Shown here piece after piece: positions 58,436 to 64,000 of a DNA stretch of 64,000 nt. Below the pieces are notes generated by a model that saw nothing but the letters and a program-made list of their open reading frames with translations, made no database searches and was not told the DNA's origin. Position 1 is the stretch's first letter, and every line of letters starts with the position of its first letter. This DNA comes from an uncultured bacterium. Lineage in GTDB: Bacteria; Babelota; Babeliae; Babelales; JACPOV01. The stretch is taken from positions 96,001 through 160,000 of the forward strand of contig CAVUUR010000006.1 of the NCBI GenBank assembly GCA_963744715.1, given 5' to 3'. Both the position numbers and the translations under genes were made by a program.

Positions 58436-58912
58436 ATGAATAAATTGTTTATGATTTTTATTGTCCTTGCTTTCGCGATGACAACAAGTATTAATGCCAC
58501 GCAAGAAGAAAAATCACTTGCTCCTTTTATGATGCAAGCGATCAATAAGCGCGACTATTCTAACTTTCACGGACTTTATACGGGTGCACAAAATTTTAAT
58601 ACTTACAAAAAAAAACTTTCTGATTTTTCTCAAGCTAAATTAGATATAGCACAACAAAAAATGAATATAAATCAAGGAGCTATCAATCCAGAAAAAATGC
58701 TTAAAGGGTTCTGGTTTGTAGGAATGGGTTTAGCTATTAGTCATCTTGTATTATCTAAAGAAACAGATATTGCAGTTGCGTGCGGAGCTGCTACCCTTCT
58801 TACGTTCGGAGTACATGATTTGGTTGATGGCTACTATTACCAAGAGTATTTAAAGTATCAGTATGAACAAGCAAAACAATTGCATGATCAAGCATTTGCT
58901 ACACAGAATTAA
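58436..58912 (+). CDS. secreted/membrane hypothetical protein (paralog of 52793-53389)
   Basis: Start MNKLFMI at 58436, placed by paralog alignment and AAGGA RBS. Confidence 0.75.
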   Translation: MNKLFMIFIVLAFAMTTSINATQEEKSLAPFMMQAINKRDYSNFHGLYTGAQNFNTYKKKLSDFSQAKLDIAQQKMNINQGAINPEKMLKGFWFVGMGLAISHLVLSKETDIAVACGAATLLTFGVHDLVDGYYYQEYLKYQYEQAKQLHDQAFATQN

Positions 58913-58926
58913 TTTGTCTAGTTAAG

Positions 58927-60021
58927 TTATTGGACTCGTCGCACCTCCCTCAATAATTTTTCAAATAATTCGTCTGAAGATTTTTTGACATAATAGCTAA
59001 TTATTTTGTCCATAACAATCATACCTGCTAATGCATATGCAGTATAATATACATGCTGAATATAAGAAGCAAATTTAAAGAAAGCATAGCCAAGTGGATT
59101 GTTATACCTGCATTCCGCCTCTTTTATTTTTCTAATAACAGTAGCCCTTTTCAATCTTTTTGCTGACGATGAATGTTTTTCTCTATCGCTTTCTCCAAAC
59201 ATTTTTGCTGCTTCTTCATGATCTTGCGCTGTTAATAGTGATGCATATGCCAATGGCATAAGATCGGCTTCTGTTTCTACACTTCTTGATAGTTTGTTAC
59301 TTTGTTTTTCGGTTATTTCAATAGGCTTAAGGCAAAAACTTTTTCTGTTATTATTAATTAGATGATGATACATTTCAACCGACCCATGATTTTTTTTGAT
59401 GTGTTCAAATTCATGTCGCAAGGTGGCAAGCCCCATTTTTTTGCAAGAACACCGTGAAGATTGAGAAACTACACATTCAGCACACCAACCACGGAAATTT
59501 ATTACACTATTGAGGTAAAGATAAAAGTTATCTTTGAATAAGTAATCTTCAATGTTCGCACTATCAATACGTTTAAAACGCTTCATTATTGATGAGCAAG
59601 TTCCTTCACCCCATATCATTTCAACGTTTATAGTACCACGCACGTCCATTTCATTAACTACTTGTTTAATCATTTTTCTTAAATACGTTGGAACATCATC
59701 CTTATAATTAATAATGGAAAGCCACTGCCCATAAATTCTTTTTATATATTGCTGTTCATTGTTTAATTGCTCAAGTTCATGCTTACCATATATAGCCGCT
59801 AAAGCTTTTTTCTTTTTTTGCTCAACAAATTCTTCTACGCATTCACCAGGCGCAATCCCTGCTTTTTTGACTTTTCTAACGAATGTATAAAATGTTTTAT
59901 CAGAATCACTTTGCTTTAATTGTTTAAAATAATTCACATATTTTTGTGGAACTAATTGAGCCGATACGCATCCACCGTTACTCATTAAAATACATACAAT
60001 ATATTTAAATTTACTCATCAT
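58927..60021 (-). CDS. putative zinc metalloprotease (M48-like)
   Basis: LRHEFEHIKKNH, SRSVETEAD, H.S...R. Confidence 0.7.
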   Translation of the reverse strand: MMSKFKYIVCILMSNGGCVSAQLVPQKYVNYFKQLKQSDSDKTFYTFVRKVKKAGIAPGECVEEFVEQKKKKALAAIYGKHELEQLNNEQQYIKRIYGQWLSIINYKDDVPTYLRKMIKQVVNEMDVRGTINVEMIWGEGTCSSIMKRFKRIDSANIEDYLFKDNFYLYLNSVINFRGWCAECVVSQSSRCSCKKMGLATLRHEFEHIKKNHGSVEMYHHLINNNRKSFCLKPIEITEKQSNKLSRSVETEADLMPLAYASLLTAQDHEEAAKMFGESDREKHSSSAKRLKRATVIRKIKEAECRYNNPLGYAFFKFASYIQHVYYTAYALAGMIVMDKIISYYVKKSSDELFEKLLREVRRVQ

Positions 60022-60205
60022 ACATCATTCTTATAGTACATGTGAGGGTTATGATATGGTGTATCTTCGTTTACATAAAATTTATGTTAAAAAACTTATT
60101 TTTCTTGCAACTATTATATTTTTTTCACAAAATACCAAAATAATTGAAAAATTAATACCAATTATATAATGCTCAACGTAAATTTCTATACTATTTTTTA
60201 AGGAG

Positions 60206-61009
60206 ATGTATATGTGCTGCACATCACTGATCGATGCCCTTGTTATGTTATTAGGTTTGCTTTTTATCTATTTAACCTGCATGGTTGCCGTTGTGCAATT
60301 TAAAGGTGATACCAGTATTGCAAATTTCACCTGGGGCGGCGGGGTCATGCTCGTAGCACTTTACACTTTTTTTGTATTCAGCGCTTTTCTGCCACAACAA
60401 ATTCTCATGACTGCACTCATGGTATTGTGGGCAATGCGCCTGATTATGTATGTGTATCTACGGTACACCGGTAAAGATCCGCGCTTTGCTGCATGGAAAT
60501 GGCAAGGCTTTAAAGCACTCTGCATTAATATTTGTTGGGTTTTTGGCCAACTCATTATGATTGCCATTATGAGCTATCCGGTTTTTGCTGTGAATGGTAA
60601 TAATATTCCACGTGGCATAACCATGCTTGATCTATTTGGTTTAGCCATCTGGCTCTGCGGGTATTGTTATGAAGCAATCAGCGATTATCAGCTATTTGTT
60701 TTTATGCACAATCCGGCCAATAGAGGACGTGTCATGCAATCTGGGCTTTGGCATTACTCGCGTCACCCTAATTATTTTGGTGAAATTTTAATCTGGTGGG
60801 GCGTTTTTTTCATTGCATTTGCAACACCATATATACCTCGTAGTTTATTATTCTCACTTTCTTTTCTTATTACTCCCGTCACTATAACGTGCTTGCTCGT
60901 TTTTGTTACCGGTATTCCATGGATTGAAAAAACCATGATCAATAATCCGGAATATCAACAATACAAAAGAAAAACAAGTATGTTAATTCCGTGGTTTGTA
61001 AAAAAATAA
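60206..61009 (+). CDS. DUF1295 / steroid 5-alpha-reductase family membrane protein
   Basis: W..RL, DPRF, D.QL..F, GLW.YSRHPNYFGE...WWG. Confidence 0.92.
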   Translation: MYMCCTSLIDALVMLLGLLFIYLTCMVAVVQFKGDTSIANFTWGGGVMLVALYTFFVFSAFLPQQILMTALMVLWAMRLIMYVYLRYTGKDPRFAAWKWQGFKALCINICWVFGQLIMIAIMSYPVFAVNGNNIPRGITMLDLFGLAIWLCGYCYEAISDYQLFVFMHNPANRGRVMQSGLWHYSRHPNYFGEILIWWGVFFIAFATPYIPRSLLFSLSFLITPVTITCLLVFVTGIPWIEKTMINNPEYQQYKRKTSMLIPWFVKK

Positions 61010-61028
61010 TATGCGAAGGAAATGTAAT

Positions 61029-61247
61029 ATGGCAGAAGATTTTAAGGTAGGCGATCATGTCGAGTGGAATTCTGAAGTCGGGCGTGTTCGCGGAACCATA
61101 CAAAAAAAAATTACGCAAGAAATTACGTTTAAAGGATATACGGTTCATGCATCACAAGAAGAACCGCAGTATTTAATCAAAAGCGATACTACTGATCATC
61201 TTGCTATGCATAAAGGATCGGCTCTTAAAAAAATAACAAAAAAATAA
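61029..61247 (+). CDS. DUF2945 (Hva1 Tudor-like) protein
   Basis: FKVGDHVEWNSE.G...G, AS.EEPQY.IKSD.T.H.A.HK..AL. Confidence 0.88.
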   Translation: MAEDFKVGDHVEWNSEVGRVRGTIQKKITQEITFKGYTVHASQEEPQYLIKSDTTDHLAMHKGSALKKITKK

Positions 61248-61250
61248 TTG

Positions 61251-61802
61251 TTATGGGTAATATATTGTATGATCTTCTATCGTTGCATATGAACGCAATT
61301 GGTGAATTTTTACTGAATGAATAGTATAAATATTTTTTACAACAATTCCCTGCGCCGTAAGAACATCGGCAATAAGTGAACGATGACATCTGAACGGAAG
61401 AATTTCGGCACACATGATGGCAACATGTTTTTTTGCAGCAATTTCAATTAATTTTTTTATATTTTTTTTAAACATATCAGTTTGCATGTAATCAGCAAAC
61501 CCGCGAAATGATTTATTGTGCAATCCCTGATTGATTGATTTTTTTGTTGTGTGCCGCAACCCTGATAATCCGACCATATGCCGATAACCGATTTTTTTAT
61601 TGCGTAAATAATGCGCCAACGTTTCTTTATTAAATTGTGGATTATGCTGAGAGTAGGGAATTTTTCGAATATCGATAATCTGATTGATCTGATAGTGTTC
61701 TAATATATTTTTAAATTCATCGATTGGTCGTGTAGAATGCCCAATCGTGAAAATTATTTTTTGCTTCATCGCTTTTCTCATGCACAAAATATGAATCACC
61801 AA
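61251..61802 (-). CDS. DUF488 family protein
   Basis: IFTIGHSTR, DIR..P.S..NPQF, FRGFADYM, MCAE....RCHR.LIAD. Confidence 0.92.
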   Translation of the reverse strand: MVIHILCMRKAMKQKIIFTIGHSTRPIDEFKNILEHYQINQIIDIRKIPYSQHNPQFNKETLAHYLRNKKIGYRHMVGLSGLRHTTKKSINQGLHNKSFRGFADYMQTDMFKKNIKKLIEIAAKKHVAIMCAEILPFRCHRSLIADVLTAQGIVVKNIYTIHSVKIHQLRSYATIEDHTIYYP

Positions 61803-61853
61803 TCAAAGGTAAGATACATCAATTTCTAATCTAATCAAAAGATTATAGTAGAT

Positions 61854-62879
61854 TTATTGGTTCGACTCACCTAATTTTACTGTTTCTTCTTCTGGCAGAG
61901 TAGCTGATAAATTATTAAGAAGGTATCCTATACGCTTTTCTTTCGCTTCAAAAAAGGCCCAATTCGCTTCTTCTGAAGCATTCGTAATTTCTTGTTGTAT
62001 TCTTCCGATTTCACTAAACGATGCGGTAAGTTCATCGATAGTGGATGGAATAGTAATGGTACTTTTTTCTAATGACTTCTTAACGTCATCAGAAGATGTT
62101 GTTATTAGATGTTTATGTAATGCTAAATATCGCTCTTTAAGCTGCTCGTAGTTTTCATAATTAGAGTTTAATAACATGGTATCGAAAAAAGGCGCTTCGG
62201 CCTTTCTAAGATCATCCGCTAGATTATCTAAACAACGCCGACGCTCTGTCTGATTATCTTTATTTTTTATGAGCACATTCCACACGTTCCTAAAGTTAGA
62301 AGGTTGATATTGAGAATAGTTTATCTCTTTCGTTATACGCTCTATTATCTTGATTTCATTCTTACTGATTTTTTTTCTTCCGACAAGCGCTTCCGCTAAT
62401 CGTTGATTAGGATTAGGCACTATATTTTTTTCTTTAATAAAATCTACCAGTTCTTTATCCGACTGAGACTTGTCCAATAAATCTACCATTAAGGCAGCTA
62501 CCTTGCTTTGTTGTTTGGAAAATTTAAGATTCAGTTTTGGTGAATCTTTCGATTCATCATTTACTTTAATCCATCGCAACAATCCCCGAAATGTATCAAA
62601 TCTTTCAGGAGCTAAAGGTATATATTGAAAAATTTTTTCTATATGATGATTGTCAACAGAACCAAAATTTGGAATGTTAGTATCTGGAATTAACTCAACT
62701 TGATCAATATGATGAGCAATAACTTTACAACACAAATCATATAATGAATCTATATTTTTTACTTTATTGTGCTCAATGCCAAATTCTTGTTTATTTTTTT
62801 TGGTAATAACATCAATTTCCATTGCTATGAGCGGAAATCCAAAAATTAATGTGTATAGTAGTAGTATATACTGTTTCAT
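61854..62879 (-). CDS. secreted protein with BC-box-like motif
   Basis: Signal ..LIAMEID; SLYDLCCKVI; paralog of 62938-63938. Confidence 0.75.
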   Translation of the reverse strand: MKQYILLLYTLIFGFPLIAMEIDVITKKNKQEFGIEHNKVKNIDSLYDLCCKVIAHHIDQVELIPDTNIPNFGSVDNHHIEKIFQYIPLAPERFDTFRGLLRWIKVNDESKDSPKLNLKFSKQQSKVAALMVDLLDKSQSDKELVDFIKEKNIVPNPNQRLAEALVGRKKISKNEIKIIERITKEINYSQYQPSNFRNVWNVLIKNKDNQTERRRCLDNLADDLRKAEAPFFDTMLLNSNYENYEQLKERYLALHKHLITTSSDDVKKSLEKSTITIPSTIDELTASFSEIGRIQQEITNASEEANWAFFEAKEKRIGYLLNNLSATLPEEETVKLGESNQ

Positions 62880-62937
62880 AACAATTAACCTCCATTAAAT
62901 AAAACTTAAACCCCCAAGATACCGTAGTAAGTTAGGT

Positions 62938-63938
62938 TTATTTGCCTAACTTACCTAATTTTATTGCTTCTTGCCCTGGCAACGTAGCCGATAAATTTTT
63001 GAGTAAAAATTGCACATTACCGCTTTGATCTTTATCAAGCGCTTTTTTCCCAGCTTCTTGTTTGATATTTTTTATCCTATTAAAGGCCGTAAACTCATCA
63101 ATAGTTAAGGTATCTGATTCAATGCCGATTGTGTTTAATAGCGTCTCAGTACCAGGACAGGCTTGTACCAATGATGTATGCAATTCTGCATATCGCTTTT
63201 TAAGTTGCTGATAATGTACATAATTATTATTCAAGAGCGTAGTATCGAAAAACGGCTTTTCTGCCCTTTTAAAAGTATTTACTAACGTAGATACACAAAG
63301 CCCGCGCAATGGAGATGTCTTCTTAGCATTTATCAACGAGTTCCACGTCTTTTCAAATGAAAAACGCTCATCGGCATTGTAAGATAAGTTTTTTGTCATT
63401 TGTTCCACTAATGTGATTTCACGTGGACTGATTGATCTTCTTTCAATAAGCGCTTGCGCCAACCATTGATGAGCATTTGGCAATATTGGACTCTTTTTAA
63501 TGGCATCCAGTAGTTTCTTTTTTTCTTTATCTAGAGAAGTATCCCTACTTAATTGCTCCACCATCAATGCGGCTCGACCACTTTGTTGGTCGGGAAATGT
63601 AATGTTTTTATCCCGAGACTGATTGTTTACCTCAATCCATTCCAATAATCGATAAGCCTATTAAGCTTTTCAGGATTTAATAAGTAATTAAAAATTTTTT
63701 CTGTGCAGTGGTCTGGAATTTGACTGAAAGCAACCGCATCAAAATTTAACTCTTTATTATTGGTAGCAATATGCTCACCAATTGCATTACAACACAAGTC
63801 ATGCAACGAAGCAATTTCTCCAACAACGGCTTGCATTTCGTGTACATTTTTGTTCTTAGAAGAAGCACGATCTATTTCCATTGCTACTACTGGAAATCCC
63901 AAAAATATGCAGAGCGATAACAATATATAATGTTTCAT
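62938..63938 (-). pseudogene. tandem paralog of 61854-62879, frameshifted
   Basis: ORFs 63627-63938 and 62938-63645 align with the paralog N- and C-parts; frame break near 63650. Confidence 0.8.
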
Positions 63939-64000
63939 ATAATTCCCCCACTAGATATGGGGAATTCATAATTTAAAAACTATGAACTCCCAAAAAAATT

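Noticed and set aside
26146..64000. Prophage, integron or IS explaining the accessory region
   Set aside because: No integrase, transposase, phage structural gene or regular attC sites recognised

Overview
AT-rich bacterial chromosome segment. The gene content and the many signal-peptide and ankyrin hypotheticals suggest a protist-associated intracellular bacterium, most like Candidatus Babelota (Dependentiae/TM6); this is inference. Bases 1-26.1 kb are mostly intact housekeeping and envelope genes: mnmE, jag-like, tRNA-Gly, pgeF, secA, galE, hisS, cdsA, yraN, bamD, gspE/pilB, pseudopilin, tamB-like, PLD, rluD, mgtE, tRNA-Lys and tRNA-Glu. A four-gene 'MNYVRF' paralog array and a beta-barrel/Pro-rich gene pair are interspersed. 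From the 3' end of tRNA-Glu, which is duplicated in a 37-bp direct repeat, the window becomes accessory. This part holds ankyrin proteins, two degenerate toxin-antitoxin modules, tandem paralog pairs, stress and resistance enzymes, two transporter loci, and seven frameshifted genes. The most notable candidates are: (i) two unannotated leader peptides sharing an RNA motif, upstream of an NhaC-family transporter and a TrpXYZ-like ABC operon; (ii) secreted proteins with a eukaryote-like Elongin BC-box; (iii) a three-member ankyrin family with an EreA/ChaN/TIKI-like motif set and NLS-like sequences; (iv) a pair of unknown exported paralogs co-transcribed with the ABC transporter. All calls come from reading motifs; no database searches were run.
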